From: a virus
Taxonomy: Duplodnaviria > Heunggongvirae > Uroviricota > Caudoviricetes
Strand: one strand, 5' to 3'
Length of the DNA stretch: 64,000 bases
IMG/VR virus record: IMGVR_UViG_3300015177_000008
Location: 47,519 to 111,518 of that record
Part shown: piece after piece, positions 18,470 through 28,844 of the stretch
Layout: each line of letters opens with the position of its first letter
Numbering within the stretch: position 1 is the stretch's first letter
The notes under the pieces: model-generated
Databases searched by the model: none
Seen by the model: the letters and a program-made list of their open reading frames with translations, nothing else
Told to the model about the DNA's origin: nothing
Made by a program: the position numbers and the translations under genes

Positions 18470-20785
18470 TCAGATTTTGCAGGCTCCGTCGCACTCATCT
18501 TCTGGCTCGACGGCTACAGCTTGCGTCATTGGATTCTGCGGTTCGTCGTCATCACGCTTTCCTGCCCCATCTCTGGTGTTGTGGTAGTAAAGCGTTTTAA
18601 CTCCCATCTTGTAGGCGAGAAGCAAATCTGACAGTAGCGTCATCATTGGGACTTTATCGCCTTCAAAGCGAGAAGGGTCATAGTTGGTATTGGCTGAAAT
18701 AGCCTGGTCAAAGAACTTCTGGATGATCGCCACCTTTGTCAGATAGCCGCGGTTGTCCGGCATATCCCACAGGTATTCATACTGTTCCTTCAGTTTTTCA
18801 AACTCAGGCACGACCATCTTAACGATGCCGTCCTTAGAAGATTTCACCGACACCGGGCCACGAGGCGGTTCGATGCCGTTGGTGGAATTAGTGATCTGGC
18901 TGGAAGTCTCGCATGGCATTTGTGCCGTCAGTGTGGAGTTGCGAAGACCGTATTTTGCAATACGTTCACGCAGTTCTTCCCACGGCATCTTTAACTCAAA
19001 GTTGGTTTCGCCACTTTCGTCTAATGAAGAACGATAATGGTCGATCGGCAACTGACCAATTGCGTACTTGGTCTGCTCAAACCAGTCACACTCACCTTTT
19101 GCTTCAGCAAGTCGGCAGCTGGCATCAAGAAGGTAATACTGGATAGCTTCGAACGTTTCATGCACCAGTTTATTGCCAGCGGTATCAGAATAACGAACGC
19201 CATTCTTTGCCAGGTAATAAGCAAAGTTGGTTACACCGATTCCCAGGCTACGGCGAGCTTTGGCTGGCACTTCGGCTGCCTCCATCGGATAGTCTTGATA
19301 ATCCAGTAACGAATCCAGTGCAGCAACGGCATAGAACGCCACCTCTTTAAGAGACTCCAGTGAACGGATGGCTCCGAGGTTAAAAGCGGATAAAGTGCAA
19401 AGCGCGATCTCACCGTTCGGGTCGTCGGTAAATGCCAGTGGACGAGTGGGTAGAGTGATCTCCATGCACAGGTTTGACTGGCGAACAGGTGCAAGAGCAG
19501 GAATGAAAGCGCCATGCTCGTTAATATGATCGACGTTCGCAATATAAATTCGGCCCGTGGACGCTCGTTCCTGCATCAGAGATGAGAACAGCTCAATGGC
19601 AGGTACTGACTTCTTGCGAATTGAATCATCGGCTTCGTATTTATGGTACAGCTTTTCAAACAGATCCTGGTCTGTGAAGAAGGCTTCGTACATATCAGGC
19701 ACATCACGCGGGCTGAACAGAGTGATGTTCTCGCTTCTGACGAGTCGACGGTACATTAGACGGTTACTCATGACGCCGTAATCAAGATGGCGAACGCGGT
19801 TTTCATCAATACCACGGTTATTTTTCACCACCAGCAGACTTTCAACTTCAAGATGCCAGATCGGGTAAAACGCTGTTGCTGCGCCACCACGAACACCACC
19901 TTGCGAACAAGATTTAACAGCCGTCTGGAAATGCTTCAGGAATGGAATAACTCCGGTATGGGTGGCTTCACCATTGCGGATCTCGCTGCCCAGCGCACGG
20001 ATACGGCCAAAACCAATACCAATTCCAGCACGACGTGAAACGTAGTCGATAATTGCGGCTGAAGCTGCACTAATCCCTTTCAGACTATCGCCAGACTCAA
20101 TCAGCACACAACTGGAGAACTGACGGGTTGGAGTACGGACGCCGGCCATGATTGGTGTGGGCAGAGACAGTTTGAACGTACTTGTAACGTCATAGAAACC
20201 TTTGACCATCTCCATACGTGTTTTGCCAGCGCAGTCGTCTTCCCAATTCTGGAACAGACACATGCCTACCAGCATATAGATATGTTGCGGCCCCTCATGA
20301 ATCTCACCAGTAACGCGGTTTTGAACGAGGTATTTGCTTTGCAATTGCACCGTAGCTGCATAGCCAAAAAGATCGTCACGTTTAGGCTTAATGTAATTGC
20401 CGAGTTCTTCGATCTCTTCAAATGAATAATGTGTCAGCAAATCCTTGTCATAAACGCCCTTGTTAACGTTCTTGACAATGTGTTGGTAGAAGTTCGGATA
20501 GTCGTAACGACCGAAGGCATCTTTGCGGATTTTAAAAATGTTCAGGCGGGCAGCCACCTGTGAGTAATTTGGTGCTTCTGGTGAGATCAAATCAGCGGCA
20601 GATTTAACCAAAGCCTCATGCAACTGGCTGGTGGTAATCCCATCAAAAATGCTGGCCGCAGCTCCCATTGCTACAGCGGATGCGCTTACGCCACGAATGT
20701 CTTCTACGCCATACATTACGACGCGGTTGTATTTATCTTCGGATAACGGCTCTGTTTGGCCGTTACGTTTTACGATGCTTATCAT
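18470..20785 (-). CDS. nrdA: Ribonucleotide reductase class Ia alpha subunit
   Basis: 771 aa; catalytic-site regions (SNLCMEI, C-terminal YxxxxxY-like tail) typical of NrdA. Confidence 0.9.
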   Translation of the reverse strand: MISIVKRNGQTEPLSEDKYNRVVMYGVEDIRGVSASAVAMGAAASIFDGITTSQLHEALVKSAADLISPEAPNYSQVAARLNIFKIRKDAFGRYDYPNFYQHIVKNVNKGVYDKDLLTHYSFEEIEELGNYIKPKRDDLFGYAATVQLQSKYLVQNRVTGEIHEGPQHIYMLVGMCLFQNWEDDCAGKTRMEMVKGFYDVTSTFKLSLPTPIMAGVRTPTRQFSSCVLIESGDSLKGISAASAAIIDYVSRRAGIGIGFGRIRALGSEIRNGEATHTGVIPFLKHFQTAVKSCSQGGVRGGAATAFYPIWHLEVESLLVVKNNRGIDENRVRHLDYGVMSNRLMYRRLVRSENITLFSPRDVPDMYEAFFTDQDLFEKLYHKYEADDSIRKKSVPAIELFSSLMQERASTGRIYIANVDHINEHGAFIPALAPVRQSNLCMEITLPTRPLAFTDDPNGEIALCTLSAFNLGAIRSLESLKEVAFYAVAALDSLLDYQDYPMEAAEVPAKARRSLGIGVTNFAYYLAKNGVRYSDTAGNKLVHETFEAIQYYLLDASCRLAEAKGECDWFEQTKYAIGQLPIDHYRSSLDESGETNFELKMPWEELRERIAKYGLRNSTLTAQMPCETSSQITNSTNGIEPPRGPVSVKSSKDGIVKMVVPEFEKLKEQYEYLWDMPDNRGYLTKVAIIQKFFDQAISANTNYDPSRFEGDKVPMMTLLSDLLLAYKMGVKTLYYHNTRDGAGKRDDDEPQNPMTQAVAVEPEDECDGACKI

Positions 20786-20833
20786 GTATCACCAAATAAA
20801 GAGGGCCACTATATTTAGTGGCCCATATTAATA

Positions 20834-20851
20834 GATAAGCACTTACCTATC
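20834..20851. promoter_or_regulatory. Class-2 AT-rich palindrome
   Basis: gataagcacttacctatc upstream of nrdA. Confidence 0.35.
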
Positions 20852-20858
20852 AATGAGA

Positions 20859-21428
20859 TCAAATGAGAGACTTGAGAACATCGCGCACCTGGCGAAACTG
20901 ATCTGTTTGCATACCGGTATGGATGGCAGCCACCGCATCAGCCAAATGTTCGTTTTTGTTCACGAGAACATCCTGTCCAGATTGCTTACGACGCAGCCAC
21001 GGTGCTTTAGGGTGTTTTTTCGTAGCCCACTGGATAATCTCTTCTTTCGATGTTGTAAGTTTATTGCCGATAAAATGTTTAATTTCGTTTGGAGTAACCT
21101 GGATCAATGGCTTATCTACGCACGCAAGTACACCGATGCAAATACCGTAAGACGTCTGCGAACGAGAGTTTTGGCTCCCAACCGGTAGCTCACAAAAAAC
21201 CATATTTGCCTTATCAATGATTGGCTTCGCAACACGCCATATTTCACTGGCACGGCGCAGATCGTCACTGTTCACACGAACGGTCTTTTTGTTACTCCCC
21301 GCTTTAGTCTCAACAAGAGTAAGGCCGTGAATCTCAAGTTCGTCCGTTTCAAGGTCTAAAGTGCCCACAGCAAGCCCAAAGTTGCTCATTGAGGGATCAA
21401 CACCAACTACGCTGATTTTTTTACTCAT
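20859..21428 (-). CDS. RuvC-like Holliday junction resolvase (putative)
   Basis: N-terminal VVGVDPSMSNFGLAV and C-terminal EHLADAVAAIHTG resemble RuvC-fold catalytic motifs. Confidence 0.55.
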   Translation of the reverse strand: MSKKISVVGVDPSMSNFGLAVGTLDLETDELEIHGLTLVETKAGSNKKTVRVNSDDLRRASEIWRVAKPIIDKANMVFCELPVGSQNSRSQTSYGICIGVLACVDKPLIQVTPNEIKHFIGNKLTTSKEEIIQWATKKHPKAPWLRRKQSGQDVLVNKNEHLADAVAAIHTGMQTDQFRQVRDVLKSLI

Positions 21429-21437
21429 ATAGTCTCC

Positions 21438-22181
21438 TTACCATGTTCCCCATATAGGGTTTTCCAATAATCTCGCCTCCAACGAATTGGTTACTATTGC
21501 CGTTTGCAACGTTGGTTGGGGATAGTTTGCAAAGTCTGAATACTCATTTTCCTGCGTGACACGTTTATCTACGGCATGTTTAACGCCACTTGCTATGAAA
21601 TGACGCATGATGCCCAACAGCCTCCGACTGTCTGCACTATCGTTTGCTAAAACATGAGGGAGCTGAAGTTCGATTTCCACCATTTCCCCATACTTACCAA
21701 CAAACTGTAGTTTGTCCGCACTGTACTTTTTATCCCTCCTTTGGATAAGGAAACCAGTAAAAGCATCACCTGGCGATGCCAAACTATCCACCCGCTTATT
21801 GGCAAGTCGAATAAGGTTCGTGAAAGCCATACAGTGATGCGCACCCATTCCCCCAAAGAACCCTTCGCTATTAATGTTAAGATCTTCAGTTTCATGGGAT
21901 GCAATAAACCCAGGCCCGACGTTGGGAAGATACCCCCCCTCAACAAAAGGATTAATCAGGATCGGCGCAATACATCCAGGTGGTAGTGATTTCAAACTTT
22001 GCATCAATGGTGTCTCGGATATTAGACCAAGCAACGCGGCGAATTGTACTCCGTCAATATTGTTGCTGCCCCACAGAATACGTGGAGCCGCACCATTGGA
22101 AGTATGCCCATTGATCAGTTTTATCGACTGCATCACTGCAAATACCTGCAAAAACTGCGAGCGGCTTAATTTAAACGACAT
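21438..22181 (-). CDS. Hypothetical protein
   Basis: 247 aa ORF; stop/start overlap with sbcC. Confidence 0.45.
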   Translation of the reverse strand: MSFKLSRSQFLQVFAVMQSIKLINGHTSNGAAPRILWGSNNIDGVQFAALLGLISETPLMQSLKSLPPGCIAPILINPFVEGGYLPNVGPGFIASHETEDLNINSEGFFGGMGAHHCMAFTNLIRLANKRVDSLASPGDAFTGFLIQRRDKKYSADKLQFVGKYGEMVEIELQLPHVLANDSADSRRLLGIMRHFIASGVKHAVDKRVTQENEYSDFANYPQPTLQTAIVTNSLEARLLENPIWGTW

Positions 22182-24087
22182 AGCTGCGCCCCTCTTTAAC
22201 TTCCAGCGTAATAGTTTCCCGGAACCATGACTTCATCTCTTTATGGGAGATAATCAGCACAGTACCTCGCTCGCGAGCTTTGGACTCCAGAATACCCATG
22301 AGGCGTTCAAGACCGGCTGTATCGAGTGCATCGTCAATTTCGTCGCCGATAAACAAATCGATGTTTTTACTCGCCCGGTTACTAACCAGATCCTGCAATG
22401 CCAAAGAACACGCAATGCGAACCTTCCGCTTCTCACCACCAGAGAGGGTTTGGAACGACTTACTTGAACCTTTCTTCTGCACACTAATGTTGAATTTGTC
22501 GCGATACTCACCTTTTTTAGTGACATCCATCGTCGACCACTCAGCAGTAATGTTCCCGTCAGACAACGTATTGAGATATTCGGCTGTGCGTGTATTCAGG
22601 AAAGGCGTAACAGACGTCAAAATATGAGAACGCACCCCGGCAGGAGAGTAGACCTGACGAGCTTTTTCCAATAGCAACGTTTGTTCCTGAATAGCCTTCA
22701 ACTCATCTTTTAAGGACTTGAAGGTAGACTTACTGGATACCAGGTTATCTTCGTGTCTGGCGATAAGAGCAATAAACGGATTAATCTCTTTTGATATACG
22801 ATCGACCTCAGTGCGAGCACGAGTCACAAGAGACTCAATAGCAACAACCTCCTTCTCACGATGACGCAAAGATGAGAGTTGTTTCGTAAGCTCTTCAATC
22901 CGGGCAATGATAGCAGTTACATCAGGTGTCGTTTTAACAAGGGCAGACTCAATGCTTAACGCTTTCTCAAGATTCGTTTTGTGTTTAGCCATTGCCTCTG
23001 CAAGTGTCTTCGCCTGACCAATTTCCTGACGTGCTTGTTCAATGAAATTCTCCTTCACCGTTGATAGATCTTCTTCGCAGTAGGCTTTGCCACAAGTAGG
23101 GCATGGTGATCCCACTTTAGTACCAACCTCTTCTGCTTTGGTCTTAAAATTACGCGCGCGGTTCATTGCATCAGCCTGACTATTTTCTGTAGCTTTGATG
23201 CTTGCCCGAATATCAGTTATCGCACCACGAACTTTGAGCAACTTGGCGTCATGTTCTTCTTTTGAGGCTAACTTTTTGCGCTCCCTTTCGATTGCCTTCT
23301 CGGTATCACGTATCTGTTCGGGAAGAGTGCGGATCTCAAGTTCAACTTCCGTTAACTCAACTTCGGCACTGGCCAGCCCAGCCTGGGCATCGTCATAACG
23401 TTTAGAACGCTCTTGCTCCCATGATTCAGAGGAGGCTTTCGCTGACTCAATTTCTGACTGTGTTGCCTCAATGGTCGAGATTGTCGACTCCAATTTGGTT
23501 TTAACCACATCCATACGTGCGGCAGCTGCATTAGCTCGCTCACGAGCAATAGCGTAGGCGCGTGTCAGTCTGTCAACGCCAGCGGCTTCTTCTACGATGG
23601 TTTTGAGGTTTTTGTCGGACATTCCAGGTAAATCTGGCATAGCTTCTTGGCTCGCATAGATGGAAGCCATGAAAACCTCTTTAGATGCACCGATCAGACG
23701 CTCGACGAACTCCTGCGTCAGCGCATCTTTGCCTTTCGTCATATCGCCATCTTCACCACGAACGATAAGACGATTTTTGAACTCTTTGTGTTTACGGTGA
23801 CGAATGATTGCGTATCTCTTGCCTTCATCCTCGATGGTTACTGCAACACGACAGTTCTTTTCATGGTCGGTAGACAACACATCGTCACCCTTCACACCAT
23901 GAGCTGTTTCGCCATAAAGACACCACATCAGGCTATTCATTAGAGTTGACTTTCCAGAGCCATTACTTGATGCGGAACTATCATCACTATTAACACCCTG
24001 AATGAGCACTAAACCACGCTGATCTAACTCGACCTCCGCGCTGGCGATAGCCATAAAATTCTCAACCTGGAGCTTTAAAAACTTCAT
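22171..24087 (-). CDS. sbcC: SbcC/Rad50-like ATPase
   Basis: Walker A SNGSGKST, long coiled-coil with zinc-hook CPTCG, signature LSGGEKRK and Walker B LFIGDEID; GAGGTG before the ATG. Confidence 0.8.
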   Translation of the reverse strand: MKFLKLQVENFMAIASAEVELDQRGLVLIQGVNSDDSSASSNGSGKSTLMNSLMWCLYGETAHGVKGDDVLSTDHEKNCRVAVTIEDEGKRYAIIRHRKHKEFKNRLIVRGEDGDMTKGKDALTQEFVERLIGASKEVFMASIYASQEAMPDLPGMSDKNLKTIVEEAAGVDRLTRAYAIARERANAAAARMDVVKTKLESTISTIEATQSEIESAKASSESWEQERSKRYDDAQAGLASAEVELTEVELEIRTLPEQIRDTEKAIERERKKLASKEEHDAKLLKVRGAITDIRASIKATENSQADAMNRARNFKTKAEEVGTKVGSPCPTCGKAYCEEDLSTVKENFIEQARQEIGQAKTLAEAMAKHKTNLEKALSIESALVKTTPDVTAIIARIEELTKQLSSLRHREKEVVAIESLVTRARTEVDRISKEINPFIALIARHEDNLVSSKSTFKSLKDELKAIQEQTLLLEKARQVYSPAGVRSHILTSVTPFLNTRTAEYLNTLSDGNITAEWSTMDVTKKGEYRDKFNISVQKKGSSKSFQTLSGGEKRKVRIACSLALQDLVSNRASKNIDLFIGDEIDDALDTAGLERLMGILESKARERGTVLIISHKEMKSWFRETITLEVKEGRSYVV

Positions 24088-24316
24088 ATAACACCTCTGA
24101 TACCGTGTGTTAGCTTTTGGCCTTCTTTCAATCTGAACTCCGTATGCGCCGGGAAGGATCTGCGCCTCAATACGCCTTTTCTTGTTAACCTTCCAAGATA
24201 AAACGCTACGGGATTTCCTTGTGGGGGGTAGGGCTTGTGAAACATCACCGTCTGGCCTCGTTCAAGTCTTTTCATCGTGATGGCAAAGTCTCGAAAGCTC
24301 CCATAACGACTTTGCT

Positions 24317-25402
24317 TCACACAGCCTCCGAACTCTCCGCTTCGGTGAGGATTTCCTGACACAAAATATCCAATTTGCTCAGATCAAATCCGCCGTCAGT
24401 ATCGTGGACAATCTTGCAATAAGCAGATACCGACTCTCCCAGGCTATCGATTTTGCTGGTTTCAGTTGTGCTGGCTGTCCCTTCCATCATTGATGACTTA
24501 CGGATGAAGTTGCACACGACACCTTTTGCACCCATTGTTTTGAGGATGTTCTGGTACTTAATGCCTTCTTCATCGTTCTCAATTACGGCGCGGAAACGCA
24601 CGTAGTTGCCGCGAATTTGGTCATCAGCAACATCATCTTCCAGGTTAATGAATTTAGGCGCACTGGTTTCGTAGTGACTGAAACTGCCGTCCGGGTTTAC
24701 GATCATGTAGCCAGCCAGAGATCCAACATCTCCCCAATTTTGATGAGTCAGTGCACCGACACTGATAACTCCAGGAATGACCTCTTTGTGGTTGTGGTAA
24801 TGCCCACTAAGCACGAGACGAAAGCCGATATCCTTTAACTCCTGCGCATCGATACCGACGTCAGGCATTGTTGGAATGGCTTTGTTAATGGATGTATGGA
24901 TAACAACGTCATGGTTATCACCTTCTACGCTCTTACGTAATGCTTTCAGATCGCTGATAAGCTCCGCATGATTGTTACGCCAGCTAATCAGGTGGACAGT
25001 CACATCACCAATTTTTATTGAGTGTGGGCGCTTGCCACATACGATTACCACGCCGATAGAACTCAGCGATGCTGCTGCGTTGGCGCTATATACTGAATCG
25101 TTGGTTTCAAGATCGTGATTACCGGCCAGCATTACTACTGTCAGATCAAGCTCGTTGATAATCCACTTGTACGTTTCAGTTACGTAATGCAAAACAGAAG
25201 GGGACACAGTTCCTCGGACGTGAAATGTATCACCGGCAACCAACATGTACTTACAACCGGCCTTCTTCATGGCGATGGCTGCTTCTTTCGTTGCTTCCAA
25301 CTGTATTTCAAGTCTGGAGTTAAGCCCCTCAGCGTTCGTCGTGGAGAACGCATCCCATTTGTGGTAGTGGCAGTCAGAAATGACGCCGTATGGCAAAGTC
25401 AT
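24317..25402 (-). CDS. sbcD: SbcD/Mre11-like nuclease
   Basis: Calcineurin-like phosphoesterase motifs DCHYH, AGDTFH, GNHD. Confidence 0.8.
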   Translation of the reverse strand: MTLPYGVISDCHYHKWDAFSTTNAEGLNSRLEIQLEATKEAAIAMKKAGCKYMLVAGDTFHVRGTVSPSVLHYVTETYKWIINELDLTVVMLAGNHDLETNDSVYSANAAASLSSIGVVIVCGKRPHSIKIGDVTVHLISWRNNHAELISDLKALRKSVEGDNHDVVIHTSINKAIPTMPDVGIDAQELKDIGFRLVLSGHYHNHKEVIPGVISVGALTHQNWGDVGSLAGYMIVNPDGSFSHYETSAPKFINLEDDVADDQIRGNYVRFRAVIENDEEGIKYQNILKTMGAKGVVCNFIRKSSMMEGTASTTETSKIDSLGESVSAYCKIVHDTDGGFDLSKLDILCQEILTEAESSEAV

Positions 25403-25514
25403 GTATTTTTCCTTTGTGGTTATTTTGATACAAATTCTAAGAGCAATGAGGAGGTAAACAACTATGCATAACGGTATGTTAGGAATGAAACGAGTGCCTT
25501 AATATACAAAATTT

Positions 25515-25534
25515 ATAAGTAAGTATATACCTAT
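25515..25534. promoter_or_regulatory. Class-2 AT-rich palindrome
   Basis: ataagtaagtatatacctat upstream of sbcD. Confidence 0.35.
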
Positions 25535-25656
25535 TTATTTTGGCGTGAAGTTGCTTGTCTATATGGCTAAAAATAAGACAACGTCACTGTAGAACGAAAT
25601 GAGAGCGATTTTGAGGAGGCGTAGATTCTATCTACGCCAATATGCGATCTGGAGGG

Positions 25657-26301
25657 TTACAGCGCGTCAGTGGTCTTTTTACGCGCTGCGTTTATGCTTA
25701 TGACGCCAGCTTTTGGACGTGGGTCAACAAGGTTAAGTTCTTCTTCACTGTGGTATTCGAGGTCGAACTCACGTTTTACATGTCTGATGTAGATTGCGGT
25801 GAGCAGGCTATCTTTGGTCAGAAAGTGTCCGTAGGATTTGCGGATCACTTCTTCTACCTTCTCGATTTTCTCACCACCCATACAGAGATGATTAAACCGG
25901 CTGTGTTTCCGCAACATTTCGTCTACTGGGCCTGAGTAAACCTTGTCTACTTTCCCAAAACGGATGATTTTTCCTGTGTCTGCGGATACGAGGCAAATCA
26001 GCTTGTCTGGTGATAAACGATCTCGCCACGTCACACCTGAACGGAGTGTGTTGAAGTAGGGGGCATCCAATCCGATGATCGGTTTACGAAATGCGAGTAA
26101 TGGAACGTACCTGATGCAACTGTTTAAATGAAAATTCACACCAGCCTTATCAAGTTTAATTCTGGTTTCGTAGATCGGGCACTTCGCCGCTATACCGCAG
26201 ATGTCACAAAGCAACTTCTGCTTATTCAGGTTGGAATTTGATTCGATAGTGTAGGAGCCGTCTTCAAGACGACGAACCCAGCGCGTGCGTTTTAGATCCA
26301 T
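25657..26301 (-). CDS. Hypothetical protein
   Basis: 214 aa ORF. Confidence 0.45.
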   Translation of the reverse strand: MDLKRTRWVRRLEDGSYTIESNSNLNKQKLLCDICGIAAKCPIYETRIKLDKAGVNFHLNSCIRYVPLLAFRKPIIGLDAPYFNTLRSGVTWRDRLSPDKLICLVSADTGKIIRFGKVDKVYSGPVDEMLRKHSRFNHLCMGGEKIEKVEEVIRKSYGHFLTKDSLLTAIYIRHVKREFDLEYHSEEELNLVDPRPKAGVISINAARKKTTDAL

Positions 26302-26384
26302 ATGTCATTTTTCTGTGATTGTTAGCCGAGGCAACGATAACCCACCAGGTGCGCCGAAGGTAGTAAATGCCTGTTTTAATTATT

Positions 26385-26460
26385 CACATATCCACAGGAT
26401 AGATCCTAATAAAGAGATCCATAGATAGATCCTTGTATAGATCAAATAAGATCCCCGATC
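26385..26460. promoter_or_regulatory. Origin-like segment: DnaA-box-like site plus dense GATC cluster
   Basis: atatccaca (8/9 match to TTATCCACA) followed by six GATC sites within about 60 bp, immediately upstream of the iterons and repA. Confidence 0.45.
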
Positions 26461-26496
26461 GCTGTAAGCCGCGCCACGACTGGTCTGAAGCCATGT

Positions 26497-26605
26497 TCAT
26501 GTATGCTGTCAGCGGTAATTGATAGTCTGTCAGCGGTTCACCGTATGCTGCCAACTGTTTTTGGTATTCTGTCAGCGGCAAATCAAGTATGCTGTCAGCG
26601 GTTGA
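26497..26605. repeat. Iterons, upstream set (about 5 copies of TATGCTGTCAGCGGT and variants)
   Basis: Direct repeats tatgctgtcagcggt, gtctgtcagcggt, tattctgtcagcggc with irregular spacing. Confidence 0.7.
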
Positions 26606-26622
26606 ATGACAAAGGTGTCCAC

Positions 26623-27717
26623 ATGTCCACAAAAAATAAAAAAGGTAAAAATAACAAAGAAGTAGAAGATAATCTCGACAACTTTGAAGAAGGTTCCCTT
26701 GAATTGTACACAGGGGAACTTGTCCCTAATAGCAACAATACAGTCCAACCAATTGCGTTGATGCGGCTGGGATTGTTCGTGCCCACGCTCAAGGGGACAA
26801 AATACAGCAAGCGTAACAAGCCAAATGAGATCGATGCTTCAAAGGAGCTTGTTCAGCTCGAAGTAGCCCGTTCTGAAGGCTATTCCGATATCAAGATAAC
26901 CGGTCCTCGTCTCGACATGGATCATGATTTCAAAACGTGGGTGGGCGTTGTGCGTTCGCTGGCAGAATACGGCGAACCTAACGGTCGTGTCGAGTTAAGC
27001 ATCACGAAATTTGCGAAGTTTTGTGGCTATCCATCGTCACAGATCCGCAAAACACTCCGCGACCGGCTTACAAACAGTCTTTTGAAGATCATGCGTACAA
27101 CTCTGTCTTTCCAGAGAACATATGAAGAAAAGAACGTCGACGGCTCTAACAAGATCTCGCTTCTGATGGTGCACCTCATCAATAGCGTGGACTACAACGA
27201 GCAGAAAGATACGGTGGTGTTCTATGCAGAACCGAAGCTGGCCGAACTATATCGCTTTGACCATAAGGTTCTTTTGCAGTTAAAGGTTATCAATAAGCTA
27301 CCACGCAAAGAAACAGCACAGGCTCTGTACACCTTCATCGAAAGTCTTCCAACCAAGCCTGCGCCGGTGTCGCTTGCTCGATTGCGTGCGCGACTCAATT
27401 TGAGTAGCAGGAATGTCAGCTCGCAGAATCAGACTATACGCAACGGCTTAAAAGCTCTCCAAGATTTGGGCTATCTCGAATACAGCGAGATTAAGCGAGG
27501 GCGGTCGATCTATATCCAGATTCACAGCCGTAATCCAAAACTTAAAGTCGCACCGCCAAAACCTGAAGACATCGAACCCAAAAAAACAGATGAGAAAGCC
27601 GGGGAAATTGATGCTAAACAGAACATTATCAACAAGATAACTGAGCTTTCGCAGAATTTGACGCCTGAAAATATCAAGATGATTGAGATCCTTTCCAATA
27701 GTCTCAAACTGCTTTGA
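26623..27717 (+). CDS. repA: Iteron-type plasmid replication initiator (RepFIB-like)
   Basis: ATG at 26623 after AAGGTG; motifs TVQPIALMRLGLFVPTLK, ITGPRLDMDHDFKTWVG, LYTFIESLP, SLARLRARLNL match RepFIB-type RepA as I recall it; flanked by iterons. Track ORF starts upstream inside the iterons. Confidence 0.8.
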   Translation: MSTKNKKGKNNKEVEDNLDNFEEGSLELYTGELVPNSNNTVQPIALMRLGLFVPTLKGTKYSKRNKPNEIDASKELVQLEVARSEGYSDIKITGPRLDMDHDFKTWVGVVRSLAEYGEPNGRVELSITKFAKFCGYPSSQIRKTLRDRLTNSLLKIMRTTLSFQRTYEEKNVDGSNKISLLMVHLINSVDYNEQKDTVVFYAEPKLAELYRFDHKVLLQLKVINKLPRKETAQALYTFIESLPTKPAPVSLARLRARLNLSSRNVSSQNQTIRNGLKALQDLGYLEYSEIKRGRSIYIQIHSRNPKLKVAPPKPEDIEPKKTDEKAGEIDAKQNIINKITELSQNLTPENIKMIEILSNSLKLL

Positions 27718-27718
27718 T

Positions 27719-28250
27719 ATGCTGTCAGCGGTGAAATGTATGCTATCAGCGGCTATTTTTCTGAAAAGTATGCTGTGAACGGTTAAAGATATGCTACCAG
27801 CGGTATAGTGAGATGAACGTATGCTGTGAGCGGTAAATCATCTATCACCACTCAATGCTCTGTCATACCTCCCCAGTGGTTACTAACCTCGAAGAGTGCA
27901 TTCCATATAGGTTTGCGCTCACTAACATTCTATTGCTATTGCGCTGATTGCTTGTAGTGAAAGGCATTTATTGCCTGCTGCTCCCTGATAGAACGTATGC
28001 TGTCAGCGGTGTTTTATTGAGGAATTTTTGTTTGGATATGCTATCAGCGGTAATTAATGGTATATGTCAGACCTTCGTATGCTGCCAGCGGTAATTTTGT
28101 TCTGGTTATACCCATACCGGTACACATTATTCATGCAATGTCTTAAGTATGCTGTCAGCGGTAAAAAATCGAGTAAAGTATGCTGTGAGCGGTGAGATAG
28201 ACTCTCGATATGCTATCAGCGGTAGTTGATTGTGTATGCTGTCAGCGGTG
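27719..28250. repeat. Iterons, downstream set (at least 11 copies)
   Basis: tatgctgtcagcggt and variants (tatgctatcagcgg, tatgctgtgagcggt, tatgctgccagcggt) spaced about 20-35 bp apart, with a 160-bp gap. Confidence 0.75.
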
Positions 28251-28296
28251 ACGACTATGAAATATGACTGCGGAACGTGCCGCAGTCAGTTTGCAT

Positions 28297-28509
28297 TTAG
28301 TGTATTTTCTTTAACAGACCCCAAAGTGTTCCGGCTTTTGTAGTCAGTTTTCCTGTTTCTGGATCGTACATACGCCATTCACGCCGCTGGTGGACGATAT
28401 ACCCATCTTCACGTTCCAGACGCTCAAGAATGCCAGGTTGCTTGAAACCCTTAGCACGCCAGTAGCCGCTTGTTTTCTCGATTTCCAGACCTGCCAGTGT
28501 TAATGCCAT
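28297..28509 (-). CDS. Hypothetical protein (70 aa)
   Basis: ORF; start overlaps the upstream stop. Confidence 0.4.
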   Translation of the reverse strand: MALTLAGLEIEKTSGYWRAKGFKQPGILERLEREDGYIVHQRREWRMYDPETGKLTTKAGTLWGLLKKIH

Positions 28510-28844
28510 TATTCAACCTCCTTGCAGTCATCGAAAAGGTAGCTTTGCTGAGAAGCGTGAACGCCATAGAAGCCCTTGTATTTGTTGTATACGAAGTGGT
28601 CTTCTCCGACGCCGGTTAATTTGCCATTACGGTTTGTGAGATATGGGGATGACAACACTCGATCGTCACGCACAACATAGAACTGGTCGCCGCTGTCTAC
28701 GACCATCGCTCCATATGGTGCTTTTATGACGTCGGTAAGAGCGCCATTCTTAACGTCGGCTACAGACATTTCACACTGATAAACAGTGGTGTCGGCCACA
28801 ACGATCGAAGAAAGGAACAACAGCGCGAATGGGATGGCCTTCAT
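28509..28844 (-). CDS. Hypothetical secreted protein
   Basis: N-terminal signal-peptide-like MKAIPFALLFLSSIVVA. Confidence 0.45.
   Translation of the reverse strand: MKAIPFALLFLSSIVVADTTVYQCEMSVADVKNGALTDVIKAPYGAMVVDSGDQFYVVRDDRVLSSPYLTNRNGKLTGVGEDHFVYNKYKGFYGVHASQQSYLFDDCKEVE

Noticed and set aside
26384-26632. Minus-strand ORF of 82 aa, and the N-terminal extension of the repA track ORF (26503..26622)
   Set aside because: Both lie over the GATC cluster and iterons; repA has a much better start at 26623 with a ribosome-binding site.
26497-28250. Short direct repeats that could be mistaken for a CRISPR array
   Set aside because: Repeats are only about 15 bp, spacing is irregular, there are no cas genes, and they flank a rep initiator gene; they are plasmid iterons.
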